NCBI GenBank assembly: GCA_034421955.1
Contig: DAOUJZ010000044.1
Location: 2,310-66,309, forward strand
Length of the DNA stretch: 64,000 nt
Reading direction: 5' to 3'
DNA from: Dehalococcoidia bacterium
GTDB taxonomy: Bacteria; Chloroflexota; Dehalococcoidia; Lucifugimonadales; CATOSD01
Under the pieces are notes generated by a model. That model was given only the letters and a program-made list of their open reading frames with translations. It had not been told where the DNA came from and made no database searches. Of this stretch, positions 43,586 to 52,488 are shown one piece after another. Numbering within the stretch: the stretch's first letter is position 1; every line of letters starts with the position of its first letter. Both the position numbers and the translations under genes were made by a program.

Positions 43586-43620
43586 GCCACACGTATGAGT
43601 CCTAACCGGAGGAGAAAACC

Positions 43621-44175
43621 ATGTGCAGAGAGAAGAACGCAAGCGACGGCCGGAACGGAACGCAGCCCGTCACCGCCGCGGACGCCGGCCCCGAGGGCCC
43701 GGCGCTGCTGGAGGCGCTGCGCAGCAACCTCAGCCTGCTGGGGGAGCTGGCGGTGCGATACGACATAGCCACCAGGTCCACGGCGCCAGAGGACATGCCC
43801 TCGATCTCCTGCCCAGAGGACGTCGCCCGCCTGCTGGGGCCGGAGATGGCACCGCTCGCGCAGGAGCAGCTGAGGGTGCTGCTGCTCAACACCAAGAATA
43901 AGGTGCTCGGCCAGCGGGTGATATACCAGGGGAACGTGAACTCGTCGGTGGTGAGGCCGGCGGAGGTGCTCAGGCCCGCCGTGGTGGAGTCCGTGCCCTC
44001 GATCATAGTCGCCCACAACCACCCGTCAGGAGATCCCCAGCCCAGCCCGGAGGACAGGAACATCACCCGGAAGCTGTCTCAGGCGGCCCAACTGCTGGAC
44101 ATCGACCTGCTCGACCACGTGGTCATCGGCGGCAGACGCCACGCCAGCCTCAAGAACCTGGGGTTCATGTCCTGA
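43621..44175 (+). CDS. radC: RadC-like JAB/MPN domain protein
   Basis: 184 aa with ...IIVAHNHPSGDPQPSPEDRNITRKL..., the JAMM-like HNHPSG...S..D motif of RadC. Confidence 0.8.
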   Translation: MCREKNASDGRNGTQPVTAADAGPEGPALLEALRSNLSLLGELAVRYDIATRSTAPEDMPSISCPEDVARLLGPEMAPLAQEQLRVLLLNTKNKVLGQRVIYQGNVNSSVVRPAEVLRPAVVESVPSIIVAHNHPSGDPQPSPEDRNITRKLSQAAQLLDIDLLDHVVIGGRRHASLKNLGFMS

Positions 44176-44270
44176 ACGACAGCGACCGGGTCGCGGCGCA
44201 GCGCCCGGCATCCCACGCGGGGACTTGCCCCGCGCTCCACTCACAACACAAAGGACGAAGGAGGACCGCG

Positions 44271-44915
44271 ATGAACGCGACACACCCCATCGACCCCGAC
44301 GATCTCTACACCATCTCCGCGGGCGGCTTCAACGCCACCGCGGACGCCTTCGCCCGTGACGACCGCACCGACGGCCTCTGGTTCGTCTCCATGGTCGGCT
44401 CGCAGACCGCGCTCAAGGCCATCTGGGCGTCGTTGCTCAAGCAGCCGCCGGACACCGCGCACATCATCCGCGGCGCCGACGGCATGGCGCTGTCCGGCGG
44501 CTACCAACGGTGCGTGGTGCCACACGAGACGATGGGCACCTGGACGACGAAGATATCCAGGCTGCCGGTCTCGGGCGGATGGCACGCCCTGGTCTACACG
44601 AAGACCGCGGAGTACGGCTACGAGAGAAACTCCTTCCTGCTGCTCGCGCAGTCGGAGGACGAGGCCCCGGCGCTGCACCACCGGTTCCTGGACCGGCGAA
44701 GCCCGCTGCCCCTGCACGGCTCCTGGGCCGGATGGCTCTGGGAGAGGGGCCTGAGCGAGGGGGAGATAGTCCCCCTGCAGTCGGTCGGGGTTTCCGCCTA
44801 CAGGTGCTCCCCCAAGGCCGACAAGCTCCGTGAGGACCTCTCCGACGCCGTGGCGGTGGGCAGGCTCACACTGCCCAGGGAGGCGTCCGGGGCGGTGGTA
44901 GGGGCGACGTCATGA
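44271..44915 (+). CDS. Hypothetical protein
   Basis: 214 aa with protein-like composition and no recognisable motif. The stop overlaps the next start (ATGA). Confidence 0.5.
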   Translation: MNATHPIDPDDLYTISAGGFNATADAFARDDRTDGLWFVSMVGSQTALKAIWASLLKQPPDTAHIIRGADGMALSGGYQRCVVPHETMGTWTTKISRLPVSGGWHALVYTKTAEYGYERNSFLLLAQSEDEAPALHHRFLDRRSPLPLHGSWAGWLWERGLSEGEIVPLQSVGVSAYRCSPKADKLREDLSDAVAVGRLTLPREASGAVVGATS

Positions 44916-45397
44916 TCGACTACCGCTATGACGACGGCGGCCGGGAGGCGGCGGGATACCGGGGCAAGACGGGCGACTGCGTCGTCCGCGCCATCGCCAT
45001 CTGCGCCCGCGAGGACTACAAGGCCGTCTACGCGACGATGGCCGAGCACATGAAGCACAACGGCTACGCCGCCAGCGGCAACGCCTACGCCACACGGGAG
45101 CGCAACCGCAAAGCGCCCCGCCGCAGGGGTCAGCTCACCGCCCGCCGCGTGCAGGACCGCGTCCTTGAAGCCTACGGCTTCAGGAAGGTCCGCCTGCCGG
45201 CGGGAGAGCGACCCACGTTCACGGAGGCGCACCACCGGTTCGGCGACTGCATCGTCAGCACGACCAAGCACGTGGCCGCCATCGTGGACGGCGCCCTCCG
45301 AGACACCTTCGACGGCCGCACCTACGAGTGGGACTTCGAGACGCGCGACCGCAAGGCCCAGTCCGTATGGGTGCCACGCCAGACGACGGAAGAGTAA
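44912..45397 (+). CDS. Hypothetical protein (possible Cys-His hydrolase fold)
   Basis: 161 aa. GDCVVRAIAI near the N-terminus and KHVAAIVDG...DTFD near the C-terminus are reminiscent of a papain-like Cys/His/Asp arrangement. This is speculative. Confidence 0.4.
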   Translation: MIDYRYDDGGREAAGYRGKTGDCVVRAIAICAREDYKAVYATMAEHMKHNGYAASGNAYATRERNRKAPRRRGQLTARRVQDRVLEAYGFRKVRLPAGERPTFTEAHHRFGDCIVSTTKHVAAIVDGALRDTFDGRTYEWDFETRDRKAQSVWVPRQTTEE

Positions 45398-45416
45398 GCA
45401 AGAAAGGAGACACGAC

Positions 45417-46454
45417 ATGAGACTCGCTGCACAGGCAAAGGGCGGATTCTATCCGACTCCCGACCGGGTGGTGGACCTGGTCGCCGACCTGATTCAGACC
45501 CCCAACGGCTACTACTACCGCAACACCGAGACATTGCGTATCCTCGATCCCTGCTGCGGGGCCGGGGAGGCGCTCTTCCGGCTTGCCGAGGGCCTCAACC
45601 GGCCCAACGCCGTCTCCATCGAGACCTACGGCGTCGAGCTGCACCGCGACCGGGCGGAGGAGGCCGAGAGGCGGCTCGACCGCGCCCTGGCCTCGGACCT
45701 GTTCGCCACCTCCATAGCGAACGGCGCATTCGGGATGCTGCTTTTGAATCCGCCCTACGACTACGACTCGGAGGATAAGCGCACCGAGCACGCCTTTTTG
45801 ACCCAGACCACCCGCTACCTGGCAGACGACGGCCTGCTGGTCTTCATCGTCCCTCGGCAGAGGCTCGGGGTCTCGGCCCGCTACCTGTCCACCCACTACA
45901 GCAGGATGCGGTGCTGGGCCTTCCCGCAGCCCGAAAGGGAGGTCTTCGACCAGGTGGTCCTGTTCGGCTACCGCAAGGCCGACCCCGTTCCCGACGCCCA
46001 TGCCGAGAGCATGGTCATGGAGTGGTCTATGGGGGAGCCGGAGCCCCTGCGCTCATACGTCTACGCGGAGTACACCCCGGCCACGACGCCTAGGGGCGAC
46101 ATCCTGTTCGCCACGCGGACCGTCGATCCCGTCGCCGCCGCTGAGGAGGCACGCCGGTCGGGGCTGTGGACGAACACGGAGATAACCGACACCCTCTGGC
46201 CCGCGCAGGTCGCTCGCACCCGCCCGCTCATGCCCCTGAGACGGGGGCACATTGCGATGCTGGTGGCGGCGGGCTTCCTCAACAACCTGGTCCTCGAAGC
46301 CGATGACCGACGCATCCTGGTCAAGGGGCGAACCGGCAAGGAGATGACGCTGGTGGAGGACTCCCCGCAGAAGGAGGTCCACCGCGAGCGGCTCGTGACC
46401 ACCGTGGTCGCCCTCGACCTTGACGGCGGCCACATCGAGGACATCGCCGCCTAG
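45417..46454 (+). CDS. SAM-dependent DNA methyltransferase (NPPY type; DUF6094-like)
   Basis: I set the start at ATG 45417 (AAAGGAG RBS). Motif I is ILDPCCGAGEAL and motif IV is LLLNPPYD. It is paired with an SNF2 helicase, as in many ICEs. Confidence 0.7.
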   Translation: MRLAAQAKGGFYPTPDRVVDLVADLIQTPNGYYYRNTETLRILDPCCGAGEALFRLAEGLNRPNAVSIETYGVELHRDRAEEAERRLDRALASDLFATSIANGAFGMLLLNPPYDYDSEDKRTEHAFLTQTTRYLADDGLLVFIVPRQRLGVSARYLSTHYSRMRCWAFPQPEREVFDQVVLFGYRKADPVPDAHAESMVMEWSMGEPEPLRSYVYAEYTPATTPRGDILFATRTVDPVAAAEEARRSGLWTNTEITDTLWPAQVARTRPLMPLRRGHIAMLVAAGFLNNLVLEADDRRILVKGRTGKEMTLVEDSPQKEVHRERLVTTVVALDLDGGHIEDIAA

Positions 46455-46558
46455 ACGGCCCGCTCAGGACCGCATCCCCACGAGGCTCCGCCTTCTCTAC
46501 AGGAACGGCGGGCCTCGCTTCGTTTCGGACGAAACCCCACATATGGAAGGAGAAGAAG

Positions 46559-46855
46559 ATGCAGACGATGATGGTCATGGAACCCTGCTGCCGGTGCGGG
46601 CAGCCCATCGCCCCTGGCGAACCGGCCATGCAGACCGCCTCGGTTGACCTGGACGAGTACGGCAGGGCCGTGTCCTCACCGGTGAAGTCCTGCCACCTGA
46701 GCGGGCGCTGCTACGAGGAGCACAGGCGCCCTGAAAGCCGCCTAGGCTACGCGACCAAGCGCCTCGACGCTTGCAGGGCTTACCGGCAAGTCGTCTTGCC
46801 TGTATCACGTCCCGGTTTGGATGGCAATGTCAAGCGAGAGGAGAAGAGTCAGTGA
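46559..46855 (+). CDS. Small Cys-rich hypothetical protein
   Basis: 98 aa. It has CCRCG near the N-terminus plus additional Cys/His residues. GGAGAAGAAG RBS. Confidence 0.4.
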   Translation: MQTMMVMEPCCRCGQPIAPGEPAMQTASVDLDEYGRAVSSPVKSCHLSGRCYEEHRRPESRLGYATKRLDACRAYRQVVLPVSRPGLDGNVKREEKSQ

Positions 46856-47097
46856 CTACGCAACGAAGAATCTACGGTGAACGCATCCATAAGGGAGAGG
46901 TCATCGGGTATCTCCCGTCCGCTCGGAGAGCGGAGTTCAAGACGGACGGCGGCGAAGTGATAGTCTGCGACGTCGATCTGTCCACCGGGAACTGCGACCT
47001 CAACGCATACCTGGAGAGGCCGCACAGCGCCTGCGTCACCCGGCATGGCCCGGACCGCCCCGTCATGGTGGAGTTCTACCCTGCGGAAGGGGGATGA
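46852..47097 (+). CDS. Small hypothetical protein
   Basis: 81 aa. GTG 46852 overlaps the previous stop (GTGA). Translation is VTTQRRIYGERIHKGEVIGYLPSARRAEFKTDGGEVIVCDVDL... Confidence 0.4.
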   Translation: MTTQRRIYGERIHKGEVIGYLPSARRAEFKTDGGEVIVCDVDLSTGNCDLNAYLERPHSACVTRHGPDRPVMVEFYPAEGG

Positions 47098-47264
47098 TCG
47101 ACACCAAGACGACACCCGGCCCGGCCATCAAGAACGGTACTTCGGCCCCGCCTGTCCGTAGATACGGCGCGGCACTGGACCGCCAAGCCCAATAGACGGC
47201 TCTCCCAGAGCCGCAGATCACGAGGCCCGCCGTCCGCGTGTCTCGCACAGCCAAGCAACCGCCT

Positions 47265-47293
47265 GGGGGCGTTGCCAGAGCCGAAACGCCCCC
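47265..47293 (+). terminator. 9-bp GC hairpin in the 317-nt gap upstream of the helicase gene
   Basis: GGGGGCGTT-11 nt-AACGCCCCC, with no U-tract. Confidence 0.35.
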
Positions 47294-47372
47294 AAGTGGG
47301 GCGACGCACACTGCGTTGTCCCGCAATCTCCGCCCTCCGGCGTTGATTGGGGGAGTGGTGCGCCCGGCTCAC

Positions 47373-47413
47373 GGCGTCGTCCTCCGGCCCACAACGCATA
47401 GGAGGACGACGCC
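47373..47413 (+). promoter_or_regulatory. RBS-sequestering perfect 13-bp hairpin directly in front of the SNF2 helicase start codon
   Basis: GGCGTCGTCCTCC-ggcccacaacgcata-GGAGGACGACGCC-c-ATG. The 3' arm contains the GGAGGA Shine-Dalgarno and ends 1 nt before ATG 47415. Confidence 0.5.
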
Positions 47414-47414
47414 C

Positions 47415-49766
47415 ATGAACCTCGGAGGATTCATAGATACTTTCAAGGACGCCATCGCCCGGCGGGTGGTGGAGTCCTACCCGCCGCTCTACCGGCCCTC
47501 GGAGAACGGCGGCACGCTCCCCCGCCTGCTTCGGCGGCCCCTCGGAGCGCAGGCCGACGCCATCAGGGGCGCGGCCCTCTCGCTTCAGGCCCACCGGGGC
47601 ACCACCGTCGTCGGCGAGATGGGAACGGGCAAGACCTTCATCGGGGCCGCCGCCGCGCACATGGCGGGCTTCCAGCGGGTGCTCGTCATTTGCCCGCCGC
47701 ACCTGGTGCGGAAGTGGAAGCGGGAAGTGGAGGAGACGGTGCCCCTGGCCCGGGCCGTCATCGTCACCTCCATCACCGACCTGGAGAAGCTCAGGCTCTC
47801 CATCGGCTCCGGCCCCCTCTTCGCGGTAATGAGCAGGGAGCGGGCCAAGCTGTCCTACCGCTGGACGGCCGCCGTCATCTACCGGTGGGCCACGTCCAAG
47901 GGCAGGCTCATCAGGGAGAAGGCGACCGGGGAGCCCTTCAAGGTTCCCTGCTGCCCGACCTGCACGGCGCAGGTCGTGGACAAGGACGGGGTGCCCCTGA
48001 CGGACAAGGTGCTGAACCGCAGGAAGCACGTCTGCGTGGACTGCGGCTCACCCCTGTGGCAGGCCGACAGGTCCGGTCCCGCCCGCTACCCACTCAGCGA
48101 CTACGTGAAGCACCACATGCCGGGCTTCTTCGACCTGCTCATCGGGGACGAGGTGCATGAGTTCAAGGCCCGCGGCTCGGCCCAGGGCATCGCCGCGGGA
48201 GTCCTCGCCGACGCCTGCGGCAAGTCCCTCAGCCTGACCGGGACCCTCCTCGGCGGCTACGCCTCCACCATCTTCCATCTCCTCTACAGGTTCAGCCCGG
48301 AGATTCGCACGGAGTTCGGGCGCTCCGACGAGGGGCGGTGGATCAAGCGGTACGGCTTCGAGGAGCACTCCATCGGCAAGAACGACGACGACGCCCTGGA
48401 GGATGGGCGCAACAGCCGCCGCCGCAAGTTCCGCAAGGTGGTCAGGGAGAGGCCGGGCCTCGTGCCCTCGGCGCTGTTCCACATCATCGGCAACACGGTG
48501 TTCCTGCGGCTCTCCGACGTGGCCTCGGGCCTGCCCGACTACGACGAGCAGATCCTCCTGTCCTCGATGGACTCGGAGGAGGACGCCACCGGCTACTCCC
48601 AGCGCAGCGCCTACAACACCGTGTTCGAGGAACTGAAGAGGGAACTGTCCAAGGCGCTCAAGGCCGGCTCCAAGCGGCTGCTGGCGACCTACCTCCAAAC
48701 CCTGCTGGCCTACCCGGACGGCTGCACGAAGGGTGAGTCGGTGTTCGACCCCCGGAGCGGCGACCTTATCGTGCAGGTGCCACCGCTGTCGGAGGAGCGG
48801 CTCTACCCCAAGGAGCAGGCGCTGGTGGACCTGGTGGCCGCCGAGCGGCTGGCGGGGCGCAGGGTGCTGGTCTACGTCACCCACACGGGGACGCGGGACA
48901 TCACCGGCCGCATGGACGACATACTCACCCGGCACGGGTTCCGGGTGGCCGTGATGAAGGCCGAAGCAGTGGCTCCCGACAGGCGGGAGGCGTGGGTGGC
49001 CGACAGGGTGGCGAAGGGGCTGGACGTGCTCATCTGCCATCCCCGGCTGGTGCAGACGGGCCTCGACCTCATCGACTTCCCGACGATTTGCTGGTACGAG
49101 ACCGACTACTCGGTCTACGTGATGCGGCAGGCTTCCCGCCGGTCGTGGCGCATCGGGCAGACCCGCCCGGTGAAGGTGGTGTTCATGTCCTACCGGAACA
49201 CCCTGCAGGCCGACGCCCTGAAGCTCGTCGCCAAGAAGCTGCAAAGCTCCCTGGCCGTCGAGGGCGAGCTGCCGGAGGACGGGCTGGCCGTCTACGGCGA
49301 CGACGGGGACGCCCTGATGATGGCCTTGGCCCGAAAGATCGTGAGCGGCGACGAGGAGGACGCCGACGACGAGACGGTGGAGGAGGTCTTCGCCCAGGCC
49401 AGAGACGCCGAGGCCAGCGCCGAGGAGCTGCTGGTGGACGAGGGATGGGAGGCCGTCGAGTTCGAGCCGGAGACCATAGCGGTCAACGGCAACGGGACCG
49501 ACGGACACCACGCCAACGGCCACGACGACCTCCTCGGGCCGACGGTCAAGCTCGTACCGAGCACGGCCCAGACCTCTAACGGCAACGGGGCTAACAGACA
49601 CCACGACGAGGCTGAGGAGCCGCAGCAGTCGCTGTTCTCCTGGGCCGAGTTCCTGGCCGAGCCGGTCAAGCCGAAGCGCCGCAACGGGAAGCCCCAGCCC
49701 GCCTCCATGTCCATGTTCGAGTGGGCAATGGAGCAGGAGAGGGAGACGGTCGGCGCGGGACGCTAG
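47415..49766 (+). CDS. SNF2-family helicase with inserted zinc-ribbon
   Basis: I set the start at ATG 47415. Walker A is GEMGTGKT, DEAH-like motif LLIGDEVHEF, and motif VI QASRRSWRIGQTRPV. The insert is CCPTC...CVDCGSPLW, and the C-terminal tail is acidic. Confidence 0.8.
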   Translation: MNLGGFIDTFKDAIARRVVESYPPLYRPSENGGTLPRLLRRPLGAQADAIRGAALSLQAHRGTTVVGEMGTGKTFIGAAAAHMAGFQRVLVICPPHLVRKWKREVEETVPLARAVIVTSITDLEKLRLSIGSGPLFAVMSRERAKLSYRWTAAVIYRWATSKGRLIREKATGEPFKVPCCPTCTAQVVDKDGVPLTDKVLNRRKHVCVDCGSPLWQADRSGPARYPLSDYVKHHMPGFFDLLIGDEVHEFKARGSAQGIAAGVLADACGKSLSLTGTLLGGYASTIFHLLYRFSPEIRTEFGRSDEGRWIKRYGFEEHSIGKNDDDALEDGRNSRRRKFRKVVRERPGLVPSALFHIIGNTVFLRLSDVASGLPDYDEQILLSSMDSEEDATGYSQRSAYNTVFEELKRELSKALKAGSKRLLATYLQTLLAYPDGCTKGESVFDPRSGDLIVQVPPLSEERLYPKEQALVDLVAAERLAGRRVLVYVTHTGTRDITGRMDDILTRHGFRVAVMKAEAVAPDRREAWVADRVAKGLDVLICHPRLVQTGLDLIDFPTICWYETDYSVYVMRQASRRSWRIGQTRPVKVVFMSYRNTLQADALKLVAKKLQSSLAVEGELPEDGLAVYGDDGDALMMALARKIVSGDEEDADDETVEEVFAQARDAEASAEELLVDEGWEAVEFEPETIAVNGNGTDGHHANGHDDLLGPTVKLVPSTAQTSNGNGANRHHDEAEEPQQSLFSWAEFLAEPVKPKRRNGKPQPASMSMFEWAMEQERETVGAGR

Positions 49767-49860
49767 ACCGCATGGAAACGGGAGAGGCCGTCGCACACAA
49801 AAGCGGCGGCCTTCCCGCACACGGAAATGCATGTATCACAATCGGAAAGGAGAAACACCA

Positions 49861-50058
49861 ATGGCACGCGTGTTTGTGTACGACGACAGGGAGTTCCCGG
49901 ACCCCGACCCCCAGATGACCGTCGAGCAGGTGAAGGGAACGCTCGCCGACTTCTACGGCGAGATCGCCAACGCCTCGGTCAAGGAGACCAAGCGGGGCGA
50001 GGACACCGTCTACGAGTTCCAGCGGCGGGTGGGCACCAAGGGGGCCTTCACCCGGTAA
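49861..50058 (+). CDS. PRTRC system protein C (ubiquitin-like)
   Basis: 65 aa starting at MARVFVYDD (GGAAAGGAG RBS). RVFVYDDREFPDPDPQMTVEQVKGTLADFYGEIANASV...DTVYEFQRRVGTKG matches the PRTRC_C pattern, including the C-terminal G(T)KG. Confidence 0.7.
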   Translation: MARVFVYDDREFPDPDPQMTVEQVKGTLADFYGEIANASVKETKRGEDTVYEFQRRVGTKGAFTR

Positions 50059-50069
50059 GGAGGCTTCCG

Positions 50070-50300
50070 ATGGACACCCGAACCTTCGCGGGTCTGCTGG
50101 CGGCCTCGCCGCCGGTGGACCTGCGCATCATCGAGCTCACGGCGGAGCTCACACGGCCCGACGGCACCCTCGACCTGGACGCCGCGGCGGCACGGCAAAA
50201 GGACGTGGAAGCGGCCTGCGCCCAGGCGCAGGACTACGCCTCGACCACGGGGCGGCTCAAGGAGGCGCTGCGGTGGCGACTGCGGCCCCGACGCTCCTGA
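50070..50300 (+). CDS. Small hypothetical protein inside the PRTRC cassette
   Basis: 76 aa with an AAGGAGG RBS. Translation is MDTRTFAGLLAASPPVDLRIIELTAELTRPDGTLDLDAAAARQKDVEAACAQ... I could not equate it with PRTRC protein E. Confidence 0.4.
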   Translation: MDTRTFAGLLAASPPVDLRIIELTAELTRPDGTLDLDAAAARQKDVEAACAQAQDYASTTGRLKEALRWRLRPRRS

Positions 50301-51175
50301 GCGGCCTATCCCAACTGCTCCTGCGGCGTCCGCCGTCGCTGCGGGAGCTGGTGACCATCGTCGGGTACGCCGACGACTACGCATGGTTCACGGAGCTGGT
50401 GCGCCGCCTCTTCCCCGACGGGGCGGAGGAGGCGCTCTCGGCCCCCGACGTGCGCACCAGGGTGGAGCGCTTCGCCAACCTGTTCGCAGGGAAGCACTTC
50501 CCCCTCTACATGCCGGTGATCGAGTACTGGATGGAATGGGAGGGGGAGGAGCCTCCCTGGAGCTGGATGCGGAGGGGCATCCCCTTCGACCTGATGGGCT
50601 TCGGCTACGAAGGTCTCCACGAGCTGTGGAACGGCTACCGGGACGGCATCTCGGCCCTGCTCCTGCTGGCCAGACCCCCTGACTCTCTCTACGGGGAGTC
50701 CGACGAGATACGGACGGCCTGGCTGGAGTCGGCCGCCGAGCGCATCCCGCAAGAGACCCTGGAGAGGATTCCCCAGAGCGGCATACCCGTCGAGGCCCTC
50801 ACCGAGGCGGTGAAGGACACCCCGTTCGAGGGGACGGCCAAGGCCGCCTCCTGGGTCTTCGCCGAGACGGGCAACTTCTTCCTCGATAACTGCTACGAGG
50901 ACGGGGCGTTTGATGGGTTCTGCGACCCCTGGGAGGACGAGATCATCGCCGAGGGGACGGAAGAGTGGCGCAAGGCCAGCGCCCTGATGGACTCGGTGTT
51001 CACCCTGGCCGACTGGCTGGAGGAGGACCTCCCCGGCCGCTTCGCCGAGATGCTCGACTTTGTGCTGCCGCGAGTGCCCGAACAAGAACAAGGAAAGGAG
51101 GCTAATGACCATGACGACCGACATGGAGAAGACCGAGTGGTCCCTGCCGGGACCGGCGGACATGCCCGCGGATAA
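50273..51175 (+). CDS. PRTRC-associated protein in the position of protein F
   Basis: 300 aa. GTG 50273 has an AAGGAGG RBS. The assignment is by gene order only (C - F - B - A - ThiF). It overlaps the next gene by 71 nt. Confidence 0.35.
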   Translation: MATAAPTLLSGLSQLLLRRPPSLRELVTIVGYADDYAWFTELVRRLFPDGAEEALSAPDVRTRVERFANLFAGKHFPLYMPVIEYWMEWEGEEPPWSWMRRGIPFDLMGFGYEGLHELWNGYRDGISALLLLARPPDSLYGESDEIRTAWLESAAERIPQETLERIPQSGIPVEALTEAVKDTPFEGTAKAASWVFAETGNFFLDNCYEDGAFDGFCDPWEDEIIAEGTEEWRKASALMDSVFTLADWLEEDLPGRFAEMLDFVLPRVPEQEQGKEANDHDDRHGEDRVVPAGTGGHARG

Positions 51176-51821
51176 GCTGAACCTCCAACTGGAGGTCTAC
51201 GAGGAGACCCTGCTGCTGCGGGGCTTCGAGGACGAGTCCGTCTGGGTCAGGACCGTCTCGGCGGACGAGATCGCCAACGTGTTCACCCAGCACCTGGGCT
51301 TCTCCTCGGGGCTCTTGCCCCAGGACGCCCTCTGGTGGAACCAGGGCGAGACCGGGCAGGTGGTGGCCCTCTGGCGGCCGCCCCAGGTCTGGCCCGTGGC
51401 CCTGCAACGGGAGGCGTTCAAGCCGCCCGCCCGGCTCCGGCTTCCCATGCCGGGGCTGGTCTTCGTCTGCTCGCCGGCACGGGCGCCCTGGGTCTACGCG
51501 GCGCCGGAGCGTCCCACGGACCCCGAGCAGCTACTCTACCGCGCCCCCGCCTTCAACGTCTTCAGGGACGGGCGGGTCTGCCCCGGAAGCCACCGGTTCC
51601 CCGAGGAGACAGCACAGATACCGGAGTCCTTCTTCCGGTCCTTCTTCTCCATGACCGGGGACTCGCGGGAGCGTTCGAGAAAGCACCCCGACAACCTGCA
51701 CGTGCTATGGGAGGAGCTGGATGGAAAGACTGAGTACCCGGTTGAGGACCTTGTTCCCCAGTGCACGGTGGCCCAGGCCATCGCGGCCAGCCAAGGGAGA
51801 CGGGGCTATGGCTACCGCTAG
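51105..51821 (+). CDS. PRTRC system protein B
   Basis: I set the start at ATG 51105 (GGAAAGGAGG RBS). LPMPGLVFVCSPARAPWVYAA...LYRAPAFNVFRDGRVCPGSHRFP...ESFFRSFFSMTGD matches the PRTRC_B pattern. Confidence 0.6.
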   Translation: MTMTTDMEKTEWSLPGPADMPADKLNLQLEVYEETLLLRGFEDESVWVRTVSADEIANVFTQHLGFSSGLLPQDALWWNQGETGQVVALWRPPQVWPVALQREAFKPPARLRLPMPGLVFVCSPARAPWVYAAPERPTDPEQLLYRAPAFNVFRDGRVCPGSHRFPEETAQIPESFFRSFFSMTGDSRERSRKHPDNLHVLWEELDGKTEYPVEDLVPQCTVAQAIAASQGRRGYGYR

Positions 51822-52488
51822 CGAGACGCCGCCGGTCGGCTACCTCTTCAATCACAAGGACGGGCTGAGCGGAGCGCAAGGCATCGGCTACGACTACGTT
51901 CTCGGAGCGGGCGGGCTCTTCGTCCAGTCCGAGAGCGCCCACCTGACGGCGCGGATTCCGGTCGCCCCCTGCGAGGTGCGCGGCCTCGCTCCCGTTGCCG
52001 AGAAGGTGGAGCTGGCCCACGGCCCCATCCCGTCCCGGCTGTTCGAGCTGGGGCTGGGCTGGTTTCAAGACGACCCGGACACCGAGCGGTTCTTCGCCGT
52101 GCGCTGGGACGGGCGCTCCTACCGGCTGGTGGTGCCCGAACAGGAAGGGACGGCCACGCGCCTCACCTACCGGCCCCCGGCAGGGGTGGTGGCCGAGTTC
52201 CACTCCCACGGACGCTCCCGCACCTTCTTCTCGGCCATAGATAACAAGGACGAGCAGGGCTTCCGCGTGTACGGCGTCGTGGGACGCCTCGATGCCGACC
52301 GGCCCGAGCTGAGCCTCCGGGTCGGCGTCTATGGCCACTTCGCCCCGGTGGAGTGGCCGCAGGTCTTCGACGGGCCGGAGGCGTGCGTCCGGTTCATCGG
52401 CGAAGACATTGATCTCACAGACAAGGAGGTAATCGAAGAATGCCCTACCACCTGGACAACGCGTTCCTGCTGGACAACCCCTGGATAA
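51808..52488 (+). CDS. PRTRC system protein A (JAB/MPN-like)
   Basis: I set the start at ATG 51808. VVAEFHSHGRSRTFFSAIDNKDEQGFRVYGVVG shows the HxH...S..D JAMM-like motif. It sits before ThiF, as in PRTRC cassettes. Confidence 0.6.
   Translation: MATASETPPVGYLFNHKDGLSGAQGIGYDYVLGAGGLFVQSESAHLTARIPVAPCEVRGLAPVAEKVELAHGPIPSRLFELGLGWFQDDPDTERFFAVRWDGRSYRLVVPEQEGTATRLTYRPPAGVVAEFHSHGRSRTFFSAIDNKDEQGFRVYGVVGRLDADRPELSLRVGVYGHFAPVEWPQVFDGPEACVRFIGEDIDLTDKEVIEECPTTWTTRSCWTTPG

Noticed and set aside
50273-52488. The long overlaps between PRTRC genes (71 and 49 nt) as signs of frameshift errors.
   Set aside because: Each downstream gene has its own strong Shine-Dalgarno and a start giving a sensible N-terminus. 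The upstream frames stay open without odd composition until their stops. I kept them as genuine overlaps but flagged them in the PRTRC finding.
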